This document shows positions 25,877 to 40,647 of a DNA stretch of 64,000 nt, in pieces (the first letter of the stretch is position 1; every line of letters begins with the position of its first letter). The translations under genes and the position numbers were made by a program. The notes under the pieces were generated by a model. The model was not told the DNA's origin and did no database searches. It saw nothing but the letters and a program-made list of their open reading frames with translations. The DNA lies in contig NC_043004.1 in NCBI RefSeq assembly GCF_006345805.1, positions 46,810,001 through 46,874,000 of the forward strand, given 5' to 3'. The DNA comes from Octopus sinensis (Eukaryota).

Positions 25877-26717
25877 CATTTATATATATATATATATATA
25901 TAATATATATATATATATATACGTGTATGTATATATGCATACTTGCAAGAAGAGAGAGGGATGTATATGTATGTGTGGACTTATGCTGAATAGTGTTTAA
26001 TTATATATTCGTTTATTATTTTACTGTTTTCAGTCATAGAAATCCGTTCATGCTGGGAAATATCCTGCAAACAATTTTAATCGACTATAGCGAGCGAAAA
26101 TTATTGTTGGGTACTTAAGTTGTCAATGAAGAAGAGAGCCAAGGCTAGAATTACCGTGACAGTAAAAGGAAGAAACAACAACGTGACGTTTCTCCTTTTT
26201 TTTTTTTTTACTCATCTAACACACTTTTACGTCTCGTAACAATGCATAAAAGAAAAAATAATGCATCCACACATAATATAAGAAAATGCACACATACATA
26301 TTCATAAACTCACGTACCCTTACAATAACTCTTCCAGTCTTTCATTCTTTCATGTATTTCAGTGATTGAACATCGACATGGTAAGGACATTAACATGAAC
26401 ATTTTTAGCTACACACTCACACACGTAGGCCACTCACGTGCGAGCGCGCGAGCGCTCACACCCACATATAATAAAAGTCTGGCACACATTTCATCGGATT
26501 CAAGGTCGAAACGGCATGTTCCGGATACGTAAACATGAACAAACCAATTTCAAGGAGACTGGCACAAATGCACATTACAAGATTTGTATAAGTAACGTTG
26601 GGGCGGGGTGAATATATGGATATGTATGTATGTATGTATATGTGTGAGAATTTCCGATTATGTGAACATGTTTTTACAAAAACACACACGTGTATATATA
26701 TATATATTTATATATGT

Positions 26718-27104
26718 GTGGCTGTGTGGTAAAAAGCTTGCTTACCAACCACATGGTTCCGGGTTCAGTCCCACTGCGTTTCACCTTGGGGAAGTGTCTT
26801 CTATATCCTCGGCCCGACCAAAGCCTTGTGAGTGGATTTGGTAGACGGAAACTGAAAGAAGCCCGTCGTATATATGTTTATATATATGTGTGTACTTGCG
26901 TGACTGTGTTTGTCCCCTAACATCGCTTGACTACCGACGCGGGTGGGTTTACGTCCCCGCAGCTTAGCGGTTCGGTAAAAGAGAGTGGTGGAATAAGTGC
27001 TAGGCTTACAAAGAATAAGTCCTGGGGTCGATTTGCTCGACTAAAGGCGGTGCTCCAACATGGCCACAGTCAAATGACTGAAACTAGTCAAAGAGTAAAA
27101 GAGT
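26718..27104 (+). mobile_element. SINE family A
   Basis: Close match to 17369-17762, including the tail. Confidence 0.9.
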
Positions 27105-27558
27105 ATATATATATATATATAAAGAGAGAGAGAAAGAGAGATAGAGATAGAGAGACAGACAGGCAGAGGTAGAGAGTGTATTGCGGTAGTCGACCGGTTT
27201 CATGTTTCACTAATCATAACATTGGAGCTATAGTGATTTCGTATTTTCTTAAAACGTTTTTAGTCCATGTTCTTGTATGAAAGATTGTGAATGAATCAAC
27301 AAGTAGAAAGGTCGGGGGGAGTAATTGTTGATTGTTCATTCGTGACAAAGAGGTAATTGCGCATTTTTTGTGCGATTGAGTTAAATTAGCATAACATAAA
27401 CCCGCGAGCTAAAGTATTTGGGTAAATTAAGTACAGTGACGAATAAGCGACCATGAGTTAAAATATATACTGAAACCAAAGCTACTTATACACTCATATT
27501 ATGCGTGTTATGTATTTTTCGATAAAGAAATTTTCATTATTTAAACGTTCTTGTGTAG

Positions 27559-27888
27559 CGTAGACTCTATAAATACGTATATTCGAACGTAGCAGGTAAC
27601 TACAGCAGCCACGTTGAGACTTACCAACTTCGTCCAGCAGCATTCGGCAACATCCATCACCGTCGCCACCAACGTCTTAATGTCAACATCTCTACGTACA
27701 CAACTCAACCAGCAATTTGCCCAGGTTCCAACGCTTCACTGTTCGGGAATTACTTCAACATGGATCAACAGCGAATATACAACCTTCAAGATGTCCAGTA
27801 CCAAGTGACTCAGGTAGCAGCATCACAGCCACAACATCACGTACGACATGTGGTGCAACAACTCAGCATCATGGCTGCAAATTCTTGA
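27559..27888 (+). other. Possible unannotated exon or open frame in a unique GC-elevated island
   Basis: A stop-free 110-codon frame begins right after TTCTTGTGTAG and ends at TGA. No domain was recognised. Confidence 0.2.
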
Positions 27889-29086
27889 TACCGTATTTCA
27901 GCTGCCGTGTACAATTGACTACGAACTGTTATTCTCATTCTTGTGTGCATGGACATTCTTCTAACTTCTCATTATAGACTCTTTCGCTGTATGTTTCATT
28001 GCGATTCTCATATCTAAATACACGCGCATACATCCATGCCTGTACACACATACACTTTGTTCTAATGACGGCCTGTCTATTATTTTGTATACATGACGCA
28101 CACACTGACACACATATTAGAACATCAATAAATCTTCTCTTAAAAATTCCACTCGATTGTGTCTCTCTTTTTTTCCTCTGGCACATATATGTATTATTCA
28201 ATGTATATTAATTGTAAGGGCTGTGTGATATACTAACGGGCCATTTTCCTCACCTCACTTTCGCATGGTCATTACACTTGTACAGAAATTTTCTTCCACT
28301 GGTAGATGGGGAAAAACCATGGAATTTGGTTGCAGATTCTTTGGACGCCCCACTATGTCTTTACTCAGACGTATCTGTCTATACCTTGGGATCCGTTTCC
28401 AAAACTATAGAGATACATTGAAAAATGTTGAGGGATGAATTCCCGCAAAGGAATCATAAATTTATTTAACGATTCCTCTCGGTTCAAATAAAATTCGAAG
28501 ACAGCGTCTGACGTGTTTGATTAATTTTCTTCTTTTGGTACAACTGTTTTCTTTCCTGGATTTTACAAGTATATCTACCAAGGATGCCAAAATATCCGTT
28601 ATAGAAATATTACATTTGCTTTCGATTATTCTTTTCCTTTGCACCACGTTTGATACAGCTTTATTTACGCTTATCAAAAATTATAACAGTCATTTTAATA
28701 ATTAATCTGAAATTTCTGTAATAACTTATATGGTGACATCCATTCATATCTTTCAGTTGTTTCTATCAGTTGCATTTCGTAGGTGTGTGTGTGTATGTAT
28801 GTGAGTGTGTGTGTGTTTGTGTGTCCGTACCTGTGCATTCCTGTAGAATTGTGTGATTGAACCAGAGTTACCTAATGTAATTTTGTAAGATTCAATTAAC
28901 TATTTACAGAAACATATTTATGTCTTCTACATGAAGGAAGTAATTGTATCCTGATGTCCTCATTACTCTTGTGAGGCTATTATTGTACTGGCTTTATATG
29001 ACTTTATGCGATTATTGTCTTAAACTTTCACGTTTTATGCACGTTTGCTCTATAATGAAACCTACGTTCGATGCTCCAGTTTCAAT

Positions 29087-29130
<44 letters not shown>

Positions 29131-29249
29131 TACTACTACTACTACTTCTGCTGCTGCTACTACTACTACCACTACTATTATTATTAATATTATTATGCAG
29201 AAATGTTTATTCTTGTTGTTGTTCTTCTTCTCCTTCTTCCTCCACCTGT

Positions 29250-30148
29250 ACTGAAAATACTTGGATAAAGAGAATGTTCTGAAAATAGAATGTACTGAAA
29301 AGAGAATGTACTGATAATAGATGGATAAAGAAAAGAATAGATGCACAAATTCATAGATAATACAAACACAGAAAAAAGATGGATATTGATGACTAAAGTG
29401 ATTTCCAACCGGAAACGGAGGCTCTAAACGGTGCTGTTCAAAAAGCAAGCATTAAGAACCAATAATATCAAATACAGAATAGACAAAACATCAGAAAGTG
29501 ATAAATGCAGAACTTGTGGACAAAATAGTGAACCCGTACGGCATATTACCAGTCAATATACACTACTAGCCCAGAAAGAATATAAGAAACGTCATGACGA
29601 CATAGCAAAAAGTGTTCATTGGTCATCTTGCCACAAGTATTGACTTGACAGAGCAAAAAAGGTCTACGATTATAGATCCAAAGGCATCATCGAAAATGAT
29701 AAAGCAAAAATCCTATGAGGTTCTCTGATTCAGTACGATCACGAGATAGAGAATAATGTCGATTGAGAAAGACATCAAATTATGCGGGATCACAGATATA
29801 GTATGAGCAACTGACAACAAGGTATGCGTTAAGGAAGAAAGATAAGGCGATAGATAAAACGGGTTAGCTTTGTAGGTTAAGCAGTCTTGGTCACTGAAAA
29901 ATGTGGTAGTTGTAATAATAATTGTCGTAGCCCTGGATACATTGAGTAGAAATCTTAAGAATTACATGGAACAAATAGGGGCCTGCAATAAGAGTGGATC
30001 ACTTGCAGAAAGCAGTACTGCTGGGAACCGCTCGAATACTCCGGATGGTGCTCGAAAAATAAGTTCTTACTTAGGTAACTGGTAGTGAACAGCTGACACC
30101 GTAGTACATCTCCAGCATTAGAAGCTGCGTAAATTCAATAATAATACT
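29250..30148 (+). mobile_element. R4/Dong-like non-LTR retrotransposon 3' fragment (zinc knuckle + RLE), decayed
   Basis: QALRTNNIKYRIDK..KCRTCGQNSEPVRHITS..QKEYKKRHD..VHW. It lies between (TAC)n and (TAA)/(GAT)n tracts. Confidence 0.8.
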
Positions 30149-30204
30149 GATGATCACGATGATGATGATGATGATGATGATGATGCTGATGATGATGATG
30201 ATGA

Positions 30205-30420
30205 TGATTCCTTTTTCTTGATATCGACACCCACATTTTCTGCTACAACAATACTTGCTGCTTTGATGAAATTATTTGTGTCTGCGATGCGTTTTGTTCT
30301 GATGCATTTCCGAATTTCCTTCACATTTTCCGTTTCTTGGTTCATTTTTCACCGATCAAACTTTTTAAGGTTGCAAATAATGTCACTATCGTTCTCCTGT
30401 AGCGTTGCCTTTATTCTGTC
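30205..30420 (-). mobile_element. R4-like ORF N-terminal fragment
   Basis: NQETENVKEIRKCIRTKRIADTNNFIKAASIVVAENVG resembles the N-terminal region of R4-clade ORFs, recognised from memory only. Confidence 0.5.
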
Positions 30421-30759
30421 GTATTATTACCATCTCTAATATTATTATTTTCTTCTTTTACTATTTGTCATTGTTAATATTTCCTTTGATCCAGCATGAG
30501 TTTTGGGTAATTATTATTAACACTTTTGCGTTAGTATTAGGCTCCAAGACTTATCTATTAGCGTAGACAATTTGATAGAGCCCTGCTTCTATAATTATGA
30601 ACAAATAAATGTAGGCAAACGAGACAAAGAAAGCTGACCCGAAGTGCAGATTTTGTGATACATTTAATGAAACAAGACACCATTTTGTTTAGGTATGATC
30701 TGTGTTGACACCAAACGAATACATAATTCGCCACGATAGGGTAGGACAGTATTTATATT

Positions 30760-31372
30760 AGAAAATATGTAAACACTACAAAATCAGTTTCCTGAGCAGA
30801 GGTAAGAATATCATCTTGAGACAGTCATTGAAGGTAAAAATGTCACTATACTCTGGAATTTGACAGTCAACACCTACTGAACGATCCAGGCTCTTCGACC
30901 AGATATATTTATTAAAGAGAGAGAAGAAAATACTTGTAGACTAACAGATATAAGTTTTCCCACTGATAAAAACTATGTCTGTAAAAGATGTTGACAAATG
31001 AACTAAATATAAGTACCTGGGAATTGAATTTTTAAAACGTGTCATTAAAATGAGCGAAGTGTTCCTGTAATTGTGTGTGCCCTAGGTATGATAAGAAATG
31101 GTTGTCTGAAACAACTAGATAATATCCCAGGAGTACCACGTTACAGAGAAATAAAAGGATTGTGCTGAAAAGAACTGCCCTCATACTTAAAAAACCTAAC
31201 AAATTTTATATGTACGTGTTGTGTTACATGAAGATATTTCGCTACTGCCCCTGTCACTTCTACTCCCCAAGCTTTTAGTTACACTGTAACATATTATCCT
31301 TCACTCGCCCTAGGACGCTGGATGTGTCTCGGCGAGTGACTGTAACAAACATGGAGATTAAAAGTAAATGAC
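30760..31372 (+). mobile_element. R4-like RLE-domain 3' fragment (different subfamily)
   Basis: VTILWN..LRPDIFIKE..TDISFP and VPVIVCALGMI. The 3' UTR ends in (TAA)n. Confidence 0.7.
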
Positions 31373-31394
31373 AATAATAATAATTATGTTTAAG

Positions 31395-32321
31395 TGTCTG
31401 ACACATACGAAAAGGAAGTCATAATACCTAACAACCATGACGGAAAAAGAAACAACAAAAGCTGTAAAACAACTGAAATCCAAACTAAATCTGGGACAGC
31501 AACGGATCATGATAAAACGATGGTAAGAAGAGAACCTTCATAGCAAGTACAGTTTAAACTAAACAGAACTGAAATAGACAGAGAAAAATTCCAACAATGG
31601 CTGAGTAGCTCAGGACTCAAATCCCAGACGGGAGGATTTTAATTGCAGCACAAGATCAAAGCCCATCCACCAGAAATTACCAAAACCATTTAGTGAAAAT
31701 AAATGCAAGTAAATGCAGAATATGTTGAGATGGAGAGGAAACAACAGATCGTGTTATCACAGGCTGCTAAGTCTCGGCTCAGAGAGAATATACTCATAGA
31801 TACGACAGAGTTGGCACCTATATACACTGCAAGCTATGGCAACTCTATGGAATAACAACAGAAAAAAGATGGGATATGCACACGTCGGAAAAGGTCACAT
31901 AAAATTAGAAAGCAACCATACTCTGGTATATGCCAATGCACACACATAGGGAAATTAAGGCCAATACCAACAAACGTAAATGTTTCTATAAAAGAAACGA
32001 AGAAACTTTCAAAATTCAGGATCTTGAAATAGAGGTGACTCGAATGTCGAGTCTAAAAACAGAAACGAATCCTATCATAGTGGGCGCATTAGGTATGGTA
32101 TACAAAAAAATCAGCCAAATACATACCAAAAACACCAGGACTAATAAGTATATATATATCATACAGAACATAGCACTACTAGGCACCGTACACATCCTAC
32201 GTAAAACACTTTCAATACGCTAAAAGTTAGAGCATCACAACAAACCACAGCACATACCCAAGGTACACAGAGCTGCGCTCGGTAGTGCAGTGAAAGCGCG
32301 TGATAAAAATAAAGGCTACTG
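31395..32321 (+). mobile_element. R4/Dong-like 3' fragment, same family as the 57-59 kb stack
   Basis: Shares WLSSSGLK..IAAQDQS and PIIVGALGM, plus the 3' end GAGCTGCGCTCGGTAGTG..CTACTG followed by (TAA)n. Confidence 0.85.
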
Positions 32322-32900
32322 AATGATAAAATTAATAATAATAATAATAATAGTAATAATAATAATAATAATTATAATAATACTAATAACAACAACAATA
32401 ATTAATATTATTACAATTATTATAATAATAATAGTAATGATGATGATGATGATTTCGAGTATTTACCACAAGGGCGACGAATAAAATAGCAACAACCGCA
32501 ACAACAATAATAATAACAATAACCATAACAGAAACAGCAGCAGCAAAACTAAATAGTTACATAAAACACTGATAATTGTAATTTACGGAATAAAAGCAAC
32601 AGAATTTATAAAAATAAAACATTAAAACCATTTATAATAATGGATGCTATTGTTTCTTATGCTTTACTTTCAATTTCTCGCCACTTCGTTTCTTTCATAT
32701 GCTTTAGATATGTCTGTGATATCATATTTAATGCTTTGAAATAATATAGAGTGTTCCAATTCAGTATTAAAGTAACGGTGAATGCATTTTATTAGGGAAA
32801 GAACTAAAGATCGATATATCAGCTGCAAATTTGCACTTTTTCATTCGATTTATTACATTTATAGTTTAAATATTAGTGTTTAAATACTATTTCCTATATA

Positions 32901-32980
<80 letters not shown>

Positions 32981-35900
32981 TATATTTGGTAATGTTTAAT
33001 ACGTTTCTCTAGAATTAATATCAAATCTCAGGCGTACATATCGATTTTTCCTGCTATCTTTAGAAATGTTATTAGTGCCGCCTCAGAAAAGAACCCGCAC
33101 AACACAAAACAATACACAATAAATCTCCATGTGCTTCATTTACTTCTTTCATGTATTATACCTTACTCAGTATTTCTTTTTCTTCTTTCCGTTTTTAATT
33201 TTTCCCTCTCCATACGAATATGCAACCTTTCTGTGAACTATATTATAGCGTTTAGTCATATTACTTTGTTAGCTTTCAATCTAATTATAGTTATTAAACC
33301 TGAATTCCATTTTCTAGTTAAAATGCACAAGTTATAACTAGAATATTTAAAATACTTAATTTGGGTAATTCGCTTTATCTTTCGTTGAAATTGAAATTAT
33401 TATCGATTTTAAGAAATAGCTTTTTCTGAATTCTATAAATATGAGTAGTCATATCAAGCTATAAATTTCCTTGTTAATCCGATCGGAAGAAAACACAACC
33501 AAACGTGATACATGGATTACTGAATTCTTTTAATGAACTTTCTTATTACAGTTAAGACACTTAGCAAAAACAAACAGTATCGCACAGTTTCTACAATATT
33601 TTCTTAAGAGTTTTGTATGATGTCATGAATTTCATAAGTTATTTCAAATAGTCATTAACGTATCGATTACTACACATTTATATAAATAAATACAGCAGCA
33701 TATATATGTGCATAGTTGCGAACTCATTGTCAAAGGACAACACGATAACAGAACTGTGATAACGATGATAAACTCCAACTGATATATTATATGTGAACGC
33801 AACATCACGTTGGGCATAGTGAAAATTGTCATATCGGTTAAACTATATGTTCAATACTTGTGATTTTACCTACGCACGTAAGGATATTACAGGGATTACC
33901 AACACTTCAGTTTTCTAAATAAATAGTCTGTTAGCATGACAGTATTCTTTACATTGCAGTCTGGCCACTGTGAAGGTTTGACTCTGAAATCATTCTTTGG
34001 GCATTATTGGAATTCTTTCCCCAGAGAATAATTTGACCACTAGTATTTGATATATGCATCAAAACGCTTAGTGCCCTGACGAAATAGTTTCACAGCCGAT
34101 ATAAATTTTAAAAGAAAGTAACCTCGATAGTGATGATACTCTAACACGGAAATGAAGATAAAAAAGAAACCTGCTGGATAGTGCACATTTCAATTCTGAT
34201 CGATGACTGACTGTTTATTTTAAGATATGCTTATTCCAGGTTTCAGTAGATGTTACGGATCCCAACAAAATCTCGAATAACTACACCTCTGTTAGTTACC
34301 GTCTTAACCATTGCAGTTAGCTAATTGGGAACCATATCCCTGCTATTACCGGAATATAATCCCTCCCTACCTTGAAACAGGTTTTGGCAAAAACGACACC
34401 AAAGAGTATATTTCTAAAATAGTTGATGATCATGTCTCTGGGCAGTATGAAATTTTAAACTGATCAAGAAAACTCACAATATAGCGCATGTTTGTAGTTC
34501 GTAGTCAATTGTTCTTTTCTTATAAATCCCGAAGGGGAACATAAGTCAACTCGCAATTCTACATTTATTCCACTAACTTCATATCTGCAATTCCTTGTTC
34601 AGAGAATCAAGCGTCCACTTCCGAACCGCCCCACGTTCATACCATTGGCATCTATTAAGAATATGTCCAGCTCCCAAATTGATATTATCGGTTGCATGGC
34701 TTCCAAGAAATAGTGGGCTAAAGTTTCCTAAACCATACTGAAATAACCATAATTTTATGTTGATGGCCTTTGTGAAGCTGTATCACTCCCCAGGAATTTC
34801 TTCAGAGTTCGTTCCAAATTATCAAGAAAGAAAATACTAGTTTCTCCCCGTGAAACTCTGTCAAACATCAAGCAACCGATTGCCCTCTTGTCTGCGGGTA
34901 CGTAGGTTGTCTGCAATTCGACATTATGTGTTAGCCACATAACGCTGCTAGATGACTGCCTTCAACGTTGTAATGTTTAACGGCGTTTAATGTTTGGAAA
35001 TAATTGGTAATTGTTATCGTTTAGTTTGTCGTTGAAGAAAAGTAGATGTGTTTCTTCCTGAGCGCAAAAATTAAAAGATCAGTTCTTTTGATGTCATATA
35101 TAAATTTATTTAGTGAATTGCAGAAATAAATGATGCGTGTGTTCAACGTCTTGAACAACTGCATGAAACATGAAACGATCTCCATATCGTGGTTTCCACA
35201 AGGGTTATAAATCTTATGGGATTTACTATAGGTATTGTTTTAATTTCTACAGCAAGAACCTGCAAGACCTTCAGATACGTTTGAATCAATTTACTCGGAA
35301 TAAATTATAATTTTATTGAGATCAAAACGTGCACAGGTATAAAGTCTTCCTGTACAAGAATATTGAAGTAGATAACTTTATTCATACCCTAAAAGGCTAC
35401 ATTTGATATTCACTGTAAGTTCAAACTCATATTCACAAGATTTGACTAAGTACATATGTAAATTTCAACGAGTGGATTTACATCATTTACATTTTCTATT
35501 AAACAACAATATATAACGCTGAAGACACGGTCAAGAGGAAAAAATACACAAAAGGGAAACAATGTGTCCGGAAATACCAAAGTATTTGATGATGGATAGA
35601 ACGAATGAATATGCCTGTAATCCACCATGATTTAATAGGATGGCGGTAGCGGAGAAATAGTAATAGTTGTATAGAAGGTGCAACTGTCCAGTCACACACG
35701 CTCGCGCCCGCACACTCATATTCAAGCAGACGCACACACATATATGTATATGACAATGCGTTTGCATGTATGTGCACATGTGTATTTGTGAATACGTGTG
35801 TATGTGTGTGCACGTCTGTATATGCGTGCACGTGTGTATGTGTGTGCACGTATGTATGTGAACGTGTGTATTTGTATGCACATGTGTATGTGTGTATACT

Positions 35901-36049
35901 TGTGGATGAGTGAGCACGAGCGTGTGCGTGTAGTGATGTGGTGTAGGGAGTGATTTATAAAAACAGTTTGATTGCTACTTATTTATCAAATCGAGATATC
36001 ACATGGAAGCACTTTCCCCTCGTCATATATTTTTTTATTTTATTTTTTT

Positions 36050-36263
36050 TATTTTTACTTGTTTCAGTCATTTGACTGCGGCCATGCTGGAGCACCGCCT
36101 TTAGTCGAGCAAATCGACCCCGGGACTTATTCTTTGTAAGCCCAGTACTTATTCTATCGGTCTCTTTTGCCGAACCGCTAGATGACGGGGACGTAAACAC
36201 ACCAGCATCGGTTGTCAAGCAATGCTAGGGGGACAAACACACACACAAACATATACACACACA

Positions 36264-36302
<39 letters not shown>

Positions 36303-36480
36303 TATATATACATATATGTACGACAGGCTTCTTTCAGTTTCCGTCTACCAAATCCACTCACAAGGCTTTGGTCGGCCCGAGGCTATAGTAGAAGACACTT
36401 GCCCAAGATGCCACGCAGTGGGACTGAACCCGGAACCATGTGGTTGGTTAGCAAGCTACTTACCACACAGCCACTCCTGC
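36050..36480 (-). mobile_element. SINE family A, full length, young
   Basis: Near-identical to the reverse complement of 17369-17762. Confidence 0.92.
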
Positions 36481-37121
36481 ATATTCAAATCTTCACACAC
36501 ATATATAAATTTATTTATATGTAAATATCCAATATTATTCATATGTATCTACATTAGCAACAGAGGTAGTATTAATACTGAGAAGTAATATGAAGCCCCA
36601 CTTGAAAGTGGTTGTTTTCTAAGAACAAATTTTACAGCAGCAGATACCATGAGAGAAAATCATGTTCATGTTTAAGAATACACTAAGATTTAATTATACT
36701 AAAAAGGTAACTGTTAGAACGGAAGTTTGCATAAAAATTTGCCAGGGCAACATATTAATATGTTTAAATATGATTCGATTTTTAGCTGCTTAGTGTATTT
36801 TCTGTTGATGTTAATTAGCTTCAGGAAAGATTTTAGCAACTTCAGGTAAATTGGTTGTTCGAATCAGCGTAAAATATTTTGGTGTTTTAATTTATCATCA
36901 TGACGAATGCATCACGTTCCAAGTGTTCAGGCGATTTCTTAGGCGTATTCTTTCTGCCTTGCATGCTATATTCCTCTTTCTCACACTCTCATTTATTTTA
37001 TTATATTATTCTCACCTTCATTATTATATATACATATATACACACGTTCGTGTGAGTATATATATACATATACGTGTAGTGTACATGTACCCTCGCAGAC
37101 AAACACACATATTTGCATATA

Positions 37122-37165
<44 letters not shown>

Positions 37166-37189
37166 TTTATAAACATAGATTTGTGCCTG

Positions 37190-37221
<32 letters not shown>

Positions 37222-38043
37222 ATACATATATGTACGACAGGCTTCTTTCAGTTTCCGTCTACCAAATCCACTCACAAGGCTTTGGTCGGCCCGAGGCTAT
37301 AGTAGAAGACACTTGCCCAAGATGCCACGCAGTGGGACTGAACCCGGAACCATGTGGTTGGTTAGCAAGCTACTTACCACACAGCCACTCCTGCATATTC
37401 AATCTTCACACACATATATAAATTTATTTATATGTAAATATCCAATAATTATTCATATGTATCTACATTAGCAACAGAGGTAGTATTAATACTGAGAAGT
37501 AATATGAAGCCCCACTTGAAAGTGGTTGTTTTCTAAGAACAAATTTTACAGCAGCAGATACCATGAGAGAAAATCATGTTCATGTTTAAGAATACACTAA
37601 GATTTAATTATACTAAAAAGGTAACTGTTAGAACGGAAGTTTGCATAAAAATTTGCCAGGGCAACATATTAATATGTTTAAATATGATTCGATTTTTAGC
37701 TGCTTAGTGTATTTTCTGTTGATGTTAATTAGCTTCAGGAAAGATTTTAGCAACTTCAGGTAAATTGGTTGTTCGAATCAGCGTAAAATATTTTGGTGTT
37801 TTAATTTATCATCATGACGAATGCATCACGTTCCAAGTGTTCAGGCGATTTCTTAGGCGTATTCTTTCTGCCTTGCATGCTATATTCCTCTTTCTCACAC
37901 TCTCAATTTATTTTATTATATTATTCTCACCTTCATTATTATATATACATATATACACACGTTCGTGTGAGTATATATATACATATACGTGTAAGTGTAC
38001 ATGTACCCTCGCAGACAAACACACATATTTGCATATATATATG

Positions 38044-38075
<32 letters not shown>

Positions 38076-38106
38076 ATATGCATTTATAAACATAGATTTG
38101 TGCCTG

Positions 38107-38140
<34 letters not shown>
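36311..38140 (+). repeat. 914-bp tandem segmental duplication
   Basis: Anchors recur at 36311/37225 and 36851/37765. The ends lie in TA tracts. Confidence 0.95.
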
Positions 38141-38144
<4 letters not shown>

Positions 38145-38530
38145 ATATTCATATTCCTGTACATCCTACACACTCGCCTACACACAGATAGATAGATGAT
38201 AGATAGACACCAAAATATATGCATCCAGTTTTGTATATAAGGATATATGCATAGATGCATAATTTATTTTCTCTTTTGTTTCACTTTTCAGATGTGTATT
38301 GGTCAAGAACAACTGAATATTTATCTTCGCTTATGTACTTATGCTCTACGAGTGGATATTACTTTCTCCAGTATTCTCGAGGACACGTTATTTTCAATGT
38401 TTCTGCACATTTACATTTTAGATGCATTGCATTTTTTTATGCCAGTGCTTCCACTTGACAATCCTGTTGCAAATGGTGAAGACAATATGTAGGCCCGAGA
38501 ATAAAACCAACATATTATCATGTTGATACC

Positions 38531-38765
38531 TATTTCTATACTACCCACAAGGGGTTAAACACAGAGAGGACAAACAAGGACAGACAAACGGATTAAGTCG
38601 ATTATATATCGACCCCAGTGCGTAACTGGTACTTAATTTATCGACCCCGAAATGATGAAAGGCAAAGTCGACCTCGGCGGAATTTGAACTCAGAACGTAG
38701 CGGCAGACGAAATACGGTTACGCATTTCGCCCGGCGTGCTAACGTTTCTGCCAGCTCGCCGCCTT
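38531..38765 (-). mobile_element. SINE family B, full length, 12-bp TSD
   Basis: CATGTTGATACC occurs at 38519-38530 and 38766-38777. Confidence 0.95.
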
Positions 38766-39357
38766 CATGTTGATACCATCTTCCGCTGGCATATGTCCAT
38801 TTTTAATTAAGTAATTTGTACGAGCCTGGCAATATTATTGCGGTAACGTTCATAATTCACTTCTCCTCTTATTATCTTCAAAAATCATATTCCCCTGAGC
38901 ATTTCAAATAGGTATTTTTTTTTCTTTGTATCCCCAACTTTTATTAAAAGCCTATGTGCAGACGAGCAGAAACGGGTAGATCTGCAAATTATTTGGCATA
39001 GATATATGTATGTATATATGTGTGTATGTTTGTATGTATCAATGTACATAAAGATAGATAGATAGATAGATACATGTGTGTATATATCTATCTACCTATC
39101 ACTCTATTTGCATATGCATATATGTATGTATAAATATAACCTGTGTTGGTCATGTGTACACATGCTGTACAATGGGTAGTTCAAATCATAGATTATACAT
39201 TAAAAGAGGTAACCGAAATACGTCTCGTATTATGTAGATATATATATTATGTATGTATGTAGGTAGGTATATATGTATATTCATAAAGATAGATAGATCC
39301 ACAGACAGATACATGTAAACACACATACACATACAGACCATATGTGTGTGTATTTAG

Positions 39358-39394
<37 letters not shown>

Positions 39395-40313
39395 AATCTA
39401 CCTCCCTATATATCTACCTATCTACCTCTCTATCTATCTACCTATCACTTTATTTACGTATGGATACATGTATGCATGAATAAATACTGAGGTGGTCATG
39501 TGTACACATGCTGTACAATGGGCAATTCAAATCATGGATTATACATTAAAAGAGGTAACCGAAATACGCTTCGTAATAAATTGATAATATTCAGTAGAAA
39601 TGCTTGCTATTCGTCATAGGAAATACGGGGCAAAAATGCTTTCAATGATTACCAAATCAGTGTGCTGTGAATATGATACTTGTGTTTGTCATTGCTGAAC
39701 ACTTACATTCTACACAATTTAGATTCTTCAATGAAAATGTAATGACACTATTTCACAAATATTTTGGAATGGAAATGTTTTTTTTTAATTGAGCCCCGAT
39801 GCTTCATTTGTACTGATATAGCCAATTACAGTACCATACACGAAAAATATACTTTATGTCGTCTATAAAAGAACGCCTTGTGGTATTACAATAAAATGGT
39901 GTTTTAGATAATGCCGTCACAGATATACTATACCTGAAAACGCAAACTCTCGTCACAGATAGAAGGAATTCAATCACGTATCGATTTTGGTTTCGCTGAC
40001 TTCAAGTAACACTGCATATATGATTATACGACCCAAACAAATATTTTATACAAAATAGTGGGTTATAAAGAATTACATGTATATATCCATTGCGCTTTGT
40101 TATTCTACAAACACAGTCGTGATTCTAAAGCTGTTATTAGAAATCTCGCTTCCACCACTTTTCATGTGTTATTGAAAAATCTACGATAAGTCTATTGCTC
40201 GACAAAAAAAAAAAAAACAAAAAAAAATTGTGTTCTTTTATATATGCGCTACATTTGAAAGCAATGCTGGTCTAGATATATGGTTTATATATTGGATTGG
40301 GTACCAATGTATG

Positions 40314-40355
<42 letters not shown>

Positions 40356-40362
40356 AGTGTGG

Positions 40363-40395
<33 letters not shown>

Positions 40396-40647
40396 TATAC
40401 ATATAGGGGGAGATAGAGTGACACAGAGAGGCAGACAGACAGTAAAACAGATGAGAGAATGGTGCTTCTGTGAATATATACATACGTACAGTATACTACC
40501 AACATATTACAACTAAGTGTTGCTTTAACTAACTCTGAGTTCGATATAAGTTATCTAGCATTCCCTTCCTCCTACATGTTTACATACCTAGATTCTAAGA
40601 TTCCAATCTGTTTTGTAAAAAAGTAAATTCTTTGGGTTTTTTTTCAT

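Noticed and set aside
28462-28677. 71-aa minus-strand ORF (and the similar ORF at 34755-34940)
   Set aside because: No domain was recognised, and the length is within chance for this composition.
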